A stretch of 64,000 nt of DNA. Source: Acidimicrobiales bacterium (GTDB taxonomy: Bacteria; Actinomycetota; Acidimicrobiia; Acidimicrobiales; RAAP-2). A program made the position numbers and the translations under genes. How positions within the stretch are numbered: the first letter of the stretch is position 1; every line of letters begins with the position of its first letter. Below the pieces are notes generated by a model. It had not been told where the DNA came from and made no database searches. It saw only the letters and a program-made list of their open reading frames with translations. This document shows positions 7,997 to 16,403 of the stretch, in pieces. The DNA is taken from the NCBI GenBank assembly GCA_049801955.1, contig JBARLO010000056.1, positions 6,307 through 70,306 of the forward strand, read 5' to 3'.

Positions 7997-9565
7997 TTAG
8001 TGCGACGGCGAAGTCGTTGTGGTTGTTGAAGATGTGGTCGTCGAAGCGCCAGCCAATGACGGGATGTCGCAGGTGGTTGAGGTGCCGGTTGCGGGCTTGC
8101 CCTGGCTCATCGCAATGGCGGCCTCCACGACGCACTTCATGATGGGACCAGCCACGATGGCGCCGGTCACGTTGTAGGCCTGGAATGGGACGCTCACGGC
8201 AACTGCGATCACTGGGTCAGTTGCGGGCGCGAATGCGATCATCCAGTCATCGGTGTCATTGGTCAGAACGCTTCCAACTTGCGCGGTACCGGTCTTGGCG
8301 GCGACATCATCTTGGGGCAGAAAATCCACTTGGGCCGCCGTACCTTCGGTGACCACCTTTTCCATCAAGGGAGTGATCTGTGCAGCCTGCTTCTCGGTCA
8401 GTGGCTTCTTCCACGCCGAATCCTTGTAGTGCGTGATGGTCGCACCGTCGGGACCTTGAATTGAGGCCATGAGGTGCGGCGTCATGATCGTGCCCCCATC
8501 GGCGATGCCGGCCGCAACGAGTGCGTTCTGCAGGGCGGTTGCTTCAACGTCCTCTTGGCCGATCGCGGAGTACGCGAGAAAGGGAGGGTTGGCGGCGAGG
8601 TTCGACTCAGTAGGGAAGAACGACGCCACCGCACCGGGCAGGTCAATGGGAGGGATTTGGTTGTAGCCAAAGGCGTTGGCCGTAGCGGTGAGGTCTTGGG
8701 CACCGAGGTCGAGGCCGAGCAAGGCGTACCCCGGGTCACAGGACTGGGGGAGCATCTCTTCCACGGTGCCGCCACAAGCGACATCGCCATCGTTAAACAG
8801 TCGCTTGTTGGAGTCGGGTAGCGCAGTGGAGACCTCATACGGTATGTACTTCGTCAACAGTGAGGGGTTGTATTTCACGATGCCCGCTGTGGTGATCACC
8901 TTGAAAGTAGAACCTGGAAAGATTGTCTGTTGCGTGGCAACGAGGCCGAGTGGTGGGTACCCTTCCTTGTCCTTGGTGTTGTCCCTCTTCCAGGCGGCCT
9001 CCTGAACGGCGGTGGTGATTGAGGTAAAGGGTGTGGGGTTGTAGGTGGGGTTGGAATACATCGCGAGTATGGCCCCCGTCTGGGGGACGATGGCGACCAC
9101 AGATCCGTCGAGTCCTTTGAGCGCGGCTTGGGCAACCTTTTGAAGTTCGGGCTGCAGGGTCAAGGTGATCGAGTCGTCACCTTCAGTGGGTTCGAGGAGT
9201 TGCTCGAAACTCTGTGGTGGAAGTGGGTGGGACTGGAGGTAACTGTTGTACTCCGCCTCAAGGGCCCAGGGGCCATAGACGGTTGAGGTGAAGCCGACCT
9301 CGGCCGAAAAGAGCGAACCTTGAGGATAAATCCGTCGCCACGGATTCGTCGTGCTCGTCGTCGGCACGGACTGGGCGAGCACCTCGCCGTTTGCGGCCAG
9401 GATCTCGCCGCGCGGATACTCCTGGCTCGAGACATCGTTGCGGGGATTGAGCGTGGACGCATCCAGCGCCTTGGCGTGAAAGAACTGCACGTACGCCGAC
9501 TGCCCGACGACCAGGGCGAAGAGGATCATCACCACGATGGCCAGTCGCCAGATGCGACGCGACAC
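7997..9565 (-). CDS. penicillin-binding protein (class B transpeptidase, PbpA/FtsI-like)
   Basis: N-terminal TM anchor (IWRLAIVVMILFALVVG). The active-site motif is GSTFKVITTA (SxxK). A KTG motif (AAKTGTAQV) is present. The C-terminus is Thr-rich (STTTSSTTTTTSPSH). Confidence 0.9.
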   Translation of the reverse strand: MSRRIWRLAIVVMILFALVVGQSAYVQFFHAKALDASTLNPRNDVSSQEYPRGEILAANGEVLAQSVPTTSTTNPWRRIYPQGSLFSAEVGFTSTVYGPWALEAEYNSYLQSHPLPPQSFEQLLEPTEGDDSITLTLQPELQKVAQAALKGLDGSVVAIVPQTGAILAMYSNPTYNPTPFTSITTAVQEAAWKRDNTKDKEGYPPLGLVATQQTIFPGSTFKVITTAGIVKYNPSLLTKYIPYEVSTALPDSNKRLFNDGDVACGGTVEEMLPQSCDPGYALLGLDLGAQDLTATANAFGYNQIPPIDLPGAVASFFPTESNLAANPPFLAYSAIGQEDVEATALQNALVAAGIADGGTIMTPHLMASIQGPDGATITHYKDSAWKKPLTEKQAAQITPLMEKVVTEGTAAQVDFLPQDDVAAKTGTAQVGSVLTNDTDDWMIAFAPATDPVIAVAVSVPFQAYNVTGAIVAGPIMKCVVEAAIAMSQGKPATGTSTTCDIPSLAGASTTTSSTTTTTSPSH

Positions 9566-9812
9566 TTAGAGAGCCCCTTTGGGTGACGTGGTCAGTTCAC
9601 TCCGGTACGGCGTCGACTGTTCCACTGAAAAGATGCTAATTCGCAGGCTCTGTGCGAACGGGCCACGCCGGATAAGAACGCAGTGGTCGCCTGCAATAAT
9701 GGATGGATGACTGTTGCTCGGCACCGTGTTTCTTCGAGCCCGTCGTTTCTCGCCGTCCACGCCGCTCACTCGTAGATCCGTGACTGACGCGACCAGTAAC
9801 GCCCACACCATC

Positions 9813-10790
9813 ATGCGAGCGGCGCTGCTGAAGATAGATTCGGACCACGTGCTCAGCGTCGTGGACACGTTGGATCTTCGCGCGAACGCCAAGGTGAGTC
9901 CGGTCGTGGGCGTGCCGTTGCGTCAACTTCAGCAGCGCCGCGACGTCGAAGCGTTCGCCGCGAGTGCTCCGGTGCCGGCCGTTCGCGGACTGCTCGAAGT
10001 CATCGCGCTCACTCCTCTCGAAAAGATCATCGACCTGCTCGGTGACAACGCCGAGAATCCGAACTTCGATGAACTGGTCGGCGCCATCGACGAGTTTCTG
10101 CGGGACGGCGGCTCGATCGACGACGCGCTCGGCGTGCTGGCCTTTGCCATTGGCGACTCCTTTCCCGCGGCTGTCCACTGTCGACGACTGCTCGCCGAGC
10201 GCGAGGAGTTCGCCCTGCCCGAGATTCCTGATGCGCAGGCCCCGTCAGTTCTGGCGCCGCCCCGCGAGGTGCGACCCGAGGTTCGCGAGCAGCGTAAGCA
10301 GCGTCGTGAAGAAGAGAAGCGTAGGAAGAAATCGCTTAACCCGGGCCGCGTGCCGAGCCGCGCTCACCCGAAGAACTCAACTCCGGTACGCCCCGGCGCC
10401 CCCGCTGCGCCCACTCCGCCCAGTGTGCCCGAGGCGCGCCGCCGCGCAATACTCACGCCGCTGGAGGAGTCGCGATTTGACCCCGACCACGCACTCGTCG
10501 GTTCCGTGATCCTCGTCGACGTGCCCTTTGACGCCGTTGACCCAGTCCAACCCGAAGTTACGTTCAAGGAACGTCCCGCGGTCGTCGTCGCCGCCTCGAG
10601 CGAGGAGTTATTGGTTCGCCCGCTCTACTCCCACGACGCGGTGACGCGATCCGTCTTTTCGCCGTGGCGGCGGGTCGGCCTCGACCACGTGTCCTACATC
10701 GATGACGCGAGGGTGGCCGTGACTCCGGCCAGTGAGTCGGTGCGCCCCCTGGCGCAACTCACCGTCGCCGAGTGGAACTCACTGTTCTAA
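9813..10790 (+). CDS. hypothetical protein: unknown helical N-domain, basic Pro-rich linker, C-terminal PemK/MazF-like domain
   Basis: The C-terminal part, GSVILVDVPFDAVDPVQPEVTFKERPAVVVAAS...VRPLYS...GLDHVSYID...LAQLTVAEW, follows the PemK/MazF pattern (G.i..vdfP...x10-15..RP.vVv...S...gL...S.v). The linker is REQRKQRREEEKRRKK...PGAPAAPTPPSVP. I moved the start to ATG 9813; the ORF track starts at TTG 9714. Confidence 0.55.
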   Translation: MRAALLKIDSDHVLSVVDTLDLRANAKVSPVVGVPLRQLQQRRDVEAFAASAPVPAVRGLLEVIALTPLEKIIDLLGDNAENPNFDELVGAIDEFLRDGGSIDDALGVLAFAIGDSFPAAVHCRRLLAEREEFALPEIPDAQAPSVLAPPREVRPEVREQRKQRREEEKRRKKSLNPGRVPSRAHPKNSTPVRPGAPAAPTPPSVPEARRRAILTPLEESRFDPDHALVGSVILVDVPFDAVDPVQPEVTFKERPAVVVAASSEELLVRPLYSHDAVTRSVFSPWRRVGLDHVSYIDDARVAVTPASESVRPLAQLTVAEWNSLF

Positions 10791-11596
10791 CTTCGCTGAG
10801 TGTCGCCAAGATCGATCGGCTGATCGGAGGCGAGCCTGTGTGATTCTCGCCGTGGCCAGTGCACGATCAGCGTGGCGACACCGGCTGCAGCGAGCACGAG
10901 GCCCGCGACCTGCACGCCGAGTGAGCCACTGTGTGACTCTTGACCGAGCAGGAGGCGTTCGTCCGTGGATCTGACGATTCCCCAGACGATCATGCCGATC
11001 GAGGTGATAAGTCCCAGGACGTTCTTCGCTCTCGTGCGCTCGAGGGCGATGAGGATCAGCCAGAGCAGACCGTCTTCGCATCCTTGAATCAGGGGAACGG
11101 GGACCCGCTTGCCCACTTGGCCGTGATAGTGCAAACCGAACCACTGATGGGTCAGGTGCCCCCCGCCATCGACCATGAACTGGGGTCCCAAGAATCGCCC
11201 CAGGGCCCAGCCAGCGATGAGAGCCGGTACGAGAGCGTCGGTGAAGGCGGTAAGGCGCGTTCCGGGCCAGTACCGCCGCCACAAAATAAGACCCACGACC
11301 AGAGCGAGGCCGATGCCCCCGAAACTCGCGAGTCCTCCCTGCCACACGGCGATCCACCGGCCCGGGTGACCGTCGTAGTAGCCCCAGTTGGTGGCGATAT
11401 TGGCGGCCCGGGCCCCCACGAGTCCACTGACGATGATCCAGAACGTGAAGCGCGCAAAGGGCGCCACCGAGATGCCCCGCTTCTCCAGGCGGCGCCGGGA
11501 ATAGAGGTAGGCAACGTAGGCGGCGATGGCCAGGCCGAAGCCGTAGGTGTGAAAGACCAGTGGGCCGAGATGGAACGAAGTGGGAAAGCCCGTCAC
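10787..11596 (-). CDS. lgt: prolipoprotein diacylglyceryl transferase
   Basis: The N-terminus FHLGPLVFHTYGFGLAIAAYVAYLY, the block HPGRWIAVWQGGLASFGGIGLA and the polytopic profile are typical of Lgt. Confidence 0.9.
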   Translation of the reverse strand: MTGFPTSFHLGPLVFHTYGFGLAIAAYVAYLYSRRRLEKRGISVAPFARFTFWIIVSGLVGARAANIATNWGYYDGHPGRWIAVWQGGLASFGGIGLALVVGLILWRRYWPGTRLTAFTDALVPALIAGWALGRFLGPQFMVDGGGHLTHQWFGLHYHGQVGKRVPVPLIQGCEDGLLWLILIALERTRAKNVLGLITSIGMIVWGIVRSTDERLLLGQESHSGSLGVQVAGLVLAAAGVATLIVHWPRRESHRLASDQPIDLGDTQRS

Positions 11597-12694
11597 CTAG
11601 CGGGGGCGGCCCAGCCCCACGAATCCGCCGTAGAGCCGAATGGGGGTGATGTGCACCACCTGGCCGGTCTCGGGCGCCTCGATCATCTGACCGCCGCCGA
11701 CGTACATCGCAACGTGCTCGTCCCCGCCGGGTCCATAAAAGAGGAGGTCGCCAGGCTCGATGTCGTAAAGAGGCACGCGCTCGGTGTCTTCGTACATTGC
11801 ACCCGAGTAGTGGGGAAAGTCGATGCCCGCGGCTTCGTAGGCAAGCATGATGAGCCCCGAACAGTCCACCCCCGAGCGGCTCGCCCCGCCCCACACGTAC
11901 GGCACGCCCAGGTAACTCTCCGCGGTTTTGATCGCGATCGCCGCCACTGCGGACGAGCCGGGCGGCGGTGCGGGGATGTTGGTGTCCACACTGGTGATCG
12001 AACTTTGCGAGGCCGCCTCCGCGGCGGCCTGGGCCGCGGCGATGTCCGAGGCGATCTGACCCTTGACCTGGGAGAGGCTGTTCTTCAACTGAGCCTGGAT
12101 GACGTTGGCCCTGTTCAGGGAGTGGGCCGCCGAGCGCGTATAGGTGCGCGCATTCGCGTCCTCAGCTCGCAGGAGTCCGCGGTCCTGGAGCAATCGAATC
12201 TTGTCCGTCTTGAGGTTGGCGATCGTCGTATTGATGTTGCCCGCGGCTAACTGGGAGTACACGTTGGTCGCGCTGGCGCGCGACGCGTTCTTGGCGAAGA
12301 GGGGGTTGTTCGATGCGTTGCCGCCGTTGGTGACGTAAGCGAAGACGACGTCGGCTTGGAGCTGACGGTGTCCCTTCTTCTCGTTTGACTCGATGTTGGC
12401 GATGATGTTCTTGGTGTTGGCGATCTGAGCGTTCAAGGTATGTAGCTTGATCAGGGCCTCGTCGTACTTCTGTCCGAGCAGGCTCACTTCGCTGTTCAAT
12501 CGAGTGATCTGACTCAGGAGCACCTTGGCCTTCTGGCGATCATTCGACAGTCCCGAGGCTCCTGCGGGATGGGCCGAGGTGACAACGAGGCTGAGGGTCA
12601 GCGCGCTGAGCGCAAAGCCGACGACCGTGAAGCGAAGCCTCTTCGAATCCCTTGCGGGCCGGGTCAAAGGCACTAGGTACCCGACGTCAGTCAC
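11597..12694 (-). CDS. NlpC/P60 family peptidoglycan endopeptidase with an N-terminal coiled coil (RipA-like)
   Basis: The C-terminal domain reads GVPYVWGGASRSGVDCSGLIMLAYEAAGIDFPHYSGAMY...GDLLFYGPGGDEHVAMYVGGGQMIEAP, with the catalytic Cys in DCSG. The long N-terminal region is helical. Confidence 0.9.
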   Translation of the reverse strand: MTDVGYLVPLTRPARDSKRLRFTVVGFALSALTLSLVVTSAHPAGASGLSNDRQKAKVLLSQITRLNSEVSLLGQKYDEALIKLHTLNAQIANTKNIIANIESNEKKGHRQLQADVVFAYVTNGGNASNNPLFAKNASRASATNVYSQLAAGNINTTIANLKTDKIRLLQDRGLLRAEDANARTYTRSAAHSLNRANVIQAQLKNSLSQVKGQIASDIAAAQAAAEAASQSSITSVDTNIPAPPPGSSAVAAIAIKTAESYLGVPYVWGGASRSGVDCSGLIMLAYEAAGIDFPHYSGAMYEDTERVPLYDIEPGDLLFYGPGGDEHVAMYVGGGQMIEAPETGQVVHITPIRLYGGFVGLGRPR

Positions 12695-12837
12695 CGGACC
12701 AGGCTAGTAGAACGTTCTGCGAGCGTTCACGAAGAACTCACGATGGTCGCGCAATGCACCTGGTCAAGCCGCGCGCCGAAACGACCCTTGTGAATCGCGA
12801 TACGAAATTTGAATTGCTCAGGGCCTAGGCTCGCGCC

Positions 12838-13773
12838 ATGTCGCAGCGATCTCGCCACCTGCCTCGTCGGTCGTGTCTGTCGACTCCCGCCTCGTCGGAG
12901 CGCTTTCTCGCGAAGGCTCCGGTGTCGGTGGCCGACTTTTCTTTTCTCGACCTCGAAGACTCGGTGGCGCCGAGTGAGAAAGTGGACGCACGCGACAAGG
13001 TCGTGCGCGCGATTCGCGATCTGCACTGGGACGAACGGGTGTTGTGCGTACGCGTGAATGGCTGGGAGTCGCCCTGGACTTATGGCGACGTGCTCGAGGT
13101 GGTGGGACACGCCGGTGAGCGCCTCGATGAGGTGATGTTGCCCAAGGTGCGCCGCGCGTCCGACGTGGTGGCCCTCGACCTGTTGCTCTCCCAGGTGGAA
13201 GTCAACGTGGGACTGCCCCCGGGCCACGTGGGTATCGAAGCCCAAGTCGAGACCGCCGAGGGTTTGATCAACGTCGAGGAGATCTGTGGCGCCTCGCCTC
13301 GTCTTGAGTCCATTGTCTTTGGTCCGGCGGACTTCGCCGCGTCCATTGGCATGCCGATCACCACGATTGACGACACCATCCACAACGGTCCTTCGAACCC
13401 CTTTAGCTACGCCTTCGCCAAGATCCTTATGGCCGGACGCGCGCACGGACTCCACGTGATCGACGGCCCGTACCTCAAAGTTCGTGACGTTGAGGGCCTC
13501 AAGCGCGCGGCTTCGATCAGCGCCTCGTACGGCTTCGACGGTAAGTGGGCTTTGACGCCCGATCAAGCCATCATCTTGAACGACGTCTACTCGCCCAGCC
13601 AGGAGCTGTTCGATAAGTCCTACGACATCCTCGAGGCCTACCGGGTCGCCACGCACGAGGCCTCGAGCGGCGCGGTGATGTTCGGCGACGAGATGATCGA
13701 CGAGGCCTCGGCCAAGATCGCTCAGTCCTTCGTCGCGCGCGGGCTTCGCGCGGGCATGACGCGCTCGACTTAG
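12838..13773 (+). CDS. HpcH/HpaI aldolase / citrate lyase beta subunit-like (CitE-type acyl-CoA lyase)
   Basis: RSCLSTPASSERFLAKAPVSVADFSFLDLEDSVAPSEKVDARDKV, then ...VRVNGW and ...GIEAQVETAEGL..., are the CitE/malyl-CoA-lyase family motifs. Confidence 0.85.
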   Translation: MSQRSRHLPRRSCLSTPASSERFLAKAPVSVADFSFLDLEDSVAPSEKVDARDKVVRAIRDLHWDERVLCVRVNGWESPWTYGDVLEVVGHAGERLDEVMLPKVRRASDVVALDLLLSQVEVNVGLPPGHVGIEAQVETAEGLINVEEICGASPRLESIVFGPADFAASIGMPITTIDDTIHNGPSNPFSYAFAKILMAGRAHGLHVIDGPYLKVRDVEGLKRAASISASYGFDGKWALTPDQAIILNDVYSPSQELFDKSYDILEAYRVATHEASSGAVMFGDEMIDEASAKIAQSFVARGLRAGMTRST

Positions 13774-15368
13774 GTCTCGTTGAGTTTTTCGAGCAGTCGC
13801 GGGGCGATGACCCTAAGGCACAGCGTCTCGTCGGACCCCTCGAAAATAGAGAGCACCCGCGCGTCGAGGTAGTAACGACTCACAGCGAACTCTTCGGCGT
13901 ACCCCATGCCGCCGTGGATCTGCATCGCCTCGCGCGTCACCCACTCGGCCGCGCGCGACGTGTAGGCCTTGGCCATCGCTGCCTTCAGTGACGGGTCGTC
14001 CTGACTGCTCTGGCGCGCGACGTCGAGGGTGAACTGACGAGCGCACTGAATCGTGCAGGCCATGGAGGCGAGCTTGACCCGCGTGAGTTCAAAGTCAATG
14101 AGCGCGCGTCCAAACACTTCTCGTTGGCGCGCGTAGGTGATGGCGGTGTCGTAGGCGGCCTGCATCAGACCCAGCGCTCGCGCGGCAGTTTGCAGACGAC
14201 CGGTCTCGAAGCCAGCCATCTGCAGGTAGAAGCCGCGCCCGAGCCCCTCCTCACCGCCCACTAGGCAGTCGTCGCTCACGAACCACTGATCAAAACTCAA
14301 CTCGTAGGAGTGCAGACCGCGATAGCCGATCGTGTCGATGGGCCGTCCCCCTATCCGCCCCGACTCACTTCCGTATTTGGCTATCGCGAAACCTCCGCTA
14401 TCGGATGGTGGCTTCTCGACGAGAAAGAGGGAGAGCCCCCGGTGGGCGAGCGATCGGTCGGGATCAGTTCGGGCCAGCACAGCGAGGACGTTGGCGCGCG
14501 CGGCGAAAGTACACCAGGTCTTCGCGCCGTTGATGAGCCAGCCACCGTCGGTGCGCGTCGCACTCGTCGTTAGGGACGCCACATCCGATCCACAGTCGGG
14601 TTCGGTCACGGCGATCGCGCACAGGGTCTCTCCGCTCGCGATCTTCGGGAGGCAGGTGGCGCGCTGAGTCGGCGTTCCGCCGCGCAGAATCGCGCGAGTG
14701 AGGATCTCGGGTCGCGTGACGAGAGACCCACCGATGGCCAGTGATCCCCACGAGAGTTCCTCGGTCGCGACCACCATGGCGACCTCAGAGGGATGTTCAC
14801 TGGAGGCCGCGCCGCCGAACTCCTCGGGAATCGACAGTCCGAACGCGCCCAGTTCCCGGAGCCCATCGATCACTGACTCGGGGACGTCGGCGTTGTCGCG
14901 ATGGACGTGTTCAGCGTGGGGGCGGATCTCGCGTTCCGCGAAGCGACGAAAGGTGGACGAGAGCATCGCCAACTCGCTCTCTAAATGGCGCTCACCCACC
15001 ACCTCGGCTAGCGGGGCGAGAAACGAGGGAGAGGCGTAGACCTCCACGAACTGGCGCAGCGGCGCGTACCAGTCGGGTCCCACGCCCCAGCTGGACTCGC
15101 GCCCGAGAACGCTCGCGCCGAGATCGCCCAGTGTGCGCGACACGAAGGCGGTCGCGAGATGTGCCTCGTCGTTCCCTCGCTCGGCGTAGTCGATCGCGGA
15201 GTGGGCGACGGCGACTGCGCTCGCCGCGTGAGCGAGGTCGAAGGCGAAGGTCTGATTGCGATCCACTCCGCCTCGCTCGCGCAGTGCGTGCACCGCGGCA
15301 TCGACGATGGTGTCCGCATGAGCCAGAGCGTGCCGCGGCGAGTCGAGATCGATAAGAGAGGTGGGCAC
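13770..15368 (-). CDS. acyl-CoA dehydrogenase family protein with a long N-terminal extension
   Basis: 532 aa. The ACAD core includes ITEPDCGSDVASLTT, GAKTWCTF, and a C-terminal QIHGGMGYAEEFAVSRYYLDARVLSIFEGSDE. Confidence 0.9.
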   Translation of the reverse strand: MPTSLIDLDSPRHALAHADTIVDAAVHALRERGGVDRNQTFAFDLAHAASAVAVAHSAIDYAERGNDEAHLATAFVSRTLGDLGASVLGRESSWGVGPDWYAPLRQFVEVYASPSFLAPLAEVVGERHLESELAMLSSTFRRFAEREIRPHAEHVHRDNADVPESVIDGLRELGAFGLSIPEEFGGAASSEHPSEVAMVVATEELSWGSLAIGGSLVTRPEILTRAILRGGTPTQRATCLPKIASGETLCAIAVTEPDCGSDVASLTTSATRTDGGWLINGAKTWCTFAARANVLAVLARTDPDRSLAHRGLSLFLVEKPPSDSGGFAIAKYGSESGRIGGRPIDTIGYRGLHSYELSFDQWFVSDDCLVGGEEGLGRGFYLQMAGFETGRLQTAARALGLMQAAYDTAITYARQREVFGRALIDFELTRVKLASMACTIQCARQFTLDVARQSSQDDPSLKAAMAKAYTSRAAEWVTREAMQIHGGMGYAEEFAVSRYYLDARVLSIFEGSDETLCLRVIAPRLLEKLNET

Positions 15369-15450
15369 CAGAGAGAATGTATCGGTTGGTCCGTTTCCTC
15401 GGCTTCGATGCGATTCTTGGTCCGCCTAGGCTGTGCGCGTGAACGTGACC

Positions 15451-15894
15451 ATGCTCCTTGCCGACTCGGCTCAGGTCGCCGACGGCAAGCTCTACATCCT
15501 CGGTGGCGGCTGGTCGATCGTGGGGCCTGACCCCATGCCCATGGCGGTCGCCCTCAAGGTGAGCGTCGATACGCACGAATTCAATACGCCGCACCACTGG
15601 GAACTGTTCTTAGAAGATGCTGACGGTCAACAGATCTCCTTCGAGACTCCCGAAGGACCTCACTTTATCGAAGTTCGTGGCGATTTCTCGACGTCAATGC
15701 CGCCCGACGTACCGGCGGGAACTCCGGTGGAAGTTCCCATTGCCGTCAACTTCGGTCCGATTCCGCTCGCCGGGAACGCCCGCTACACGTGGCGGGTAGT
15801 GATCGACGGCGAGACGTTGCCCGGTGCGCTGGTCTCCTTTACCACGCGCCCGGCGCGCGAAGAAGTGGACGAGTCGCCCGACCCGGCGCCGTGA
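15451..15894 (+). CDS. conserved hypothetical protein
   Basis: MLLADSAQVADGKLYILGGGWSIVGP.... Its stop overlaps the MaoC GTG start (GTGA at 15891-15894). No function recognised. Start chosen at ATG 15451. Confidence 0.55.
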   Translation: MLLADSAQVADGKLYILGGGWSIVGPDPMPMAVALKVSVDTHEFNTPHHWELFLEDADGQQISFETPEGPHFIEVRGDFSTSMPPDVPAGTPVEVPIAVNFGPIPLAGNARYTWRVVIDGETLPGALVSFTTRPAREEVDESPDPAP

Positions 15895-16403
15895 CAAGCT
15901 ACGAGCGACCCTTCGGGAGGTATCTCGAGGACTTCGTCGTGGGCGACGTCTATCGGCACTGGCCCGGTAAGACCATCACCGAAGCCGACGACCACCTGTT
16001 CTGCTTGCTGACGATGAATCATCATCCCCTGCACTTAGACGCGTGGTTCGCCGAACACGAGGCGCTGCAGGGTCGCAACGTGGTGGTCGGCAATCTCGTG
16101 TACTCGGTCGTGCTCGGTATGGGCGTGCCCGACGTCTCGGGTTCGGCCATCGCGAACCTCGAAGTGGAGTCGCTGATCCACCGCCATCCCACCTTTCACG
16201 GCGACACCATCTACGCCGAGTCGCGAGTCCTTGACGTGAGCCCGTCGCAGTCGAAGAGCGACCGGGGCGTGGTCACGGTCGAGTCCAAGGGTCTCAACCA
16301 GGATGGTGTCGAGGTCTGCTACTTCCGTCGCAAGGTCATGGTCTGGACCCGCGACGCCGCGCCACCACGTCGGCGCCCCTACGGTGACGACATCTGGTCG
16401 TAG
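15891..16403 (+). CDS. MaoC family dehydratase (enoyl-CoA hydratase 2 hot-dog fold)
   Basis: FVVGDVYRHWPGKTITEADDHLFCLLTMNHHPLHLD...GRNVVVGNLVYS...HPTFHGDTIYAESRVLDV is the typical MaoC pattern. The GTG start overlaps the upstream stop. Confidence 0.85.
   Translation: MTSYERPFGRYLEDFVVGDVYRHWPGKTITEADDHLFCLLTMNHHPLHLDAWFAEHEALQGRNVVVGNLVYSVVLGMGVPDVSGSAIANLEVESLIHRHPTFHGDTIYAESRVLDVSPSQSKSDRGVVTVESKGLNQDGVEVCYFRRKVMVWTRDAAPPRRRPYGDDIWS

Noticed and set aside
10779-12250. Long alternative-frame and antisense ORFs (371 aa on the minus strand and 436 aa on the plus strand) spanning the lgt and NlpC/P60 genes
   Set aside because: They are Arg/Pro/Gly-rich low-complexity translations typical of stop-poor off-frames in high-GC DNA. 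The same DNA encodes Lgt and an NlpC/P60 hydrolase with clear family motifs.
12695-12837. Looked for a cyclic-di-AMP (ydaO-type) riboswitch upstream of the NlpC/P60 hydrolase, a known association in actinobacteria
   Set aside because: The 143-nt leader lacks the conserved ACGGGG/CCCGA-type cores I remember, and it is short for that motif. It contains only a 10-bp palindrome, AGAACGTTCT. A covariance-model scan would settle the question.
12727-13656. 309-aa minus-strand ORF antisense to the CitE-like gene
   Set aside because: It is a shadow ORF (Arg/Gly/Val-rich). The plus-strand product has clear HpcH/CitE motifs.
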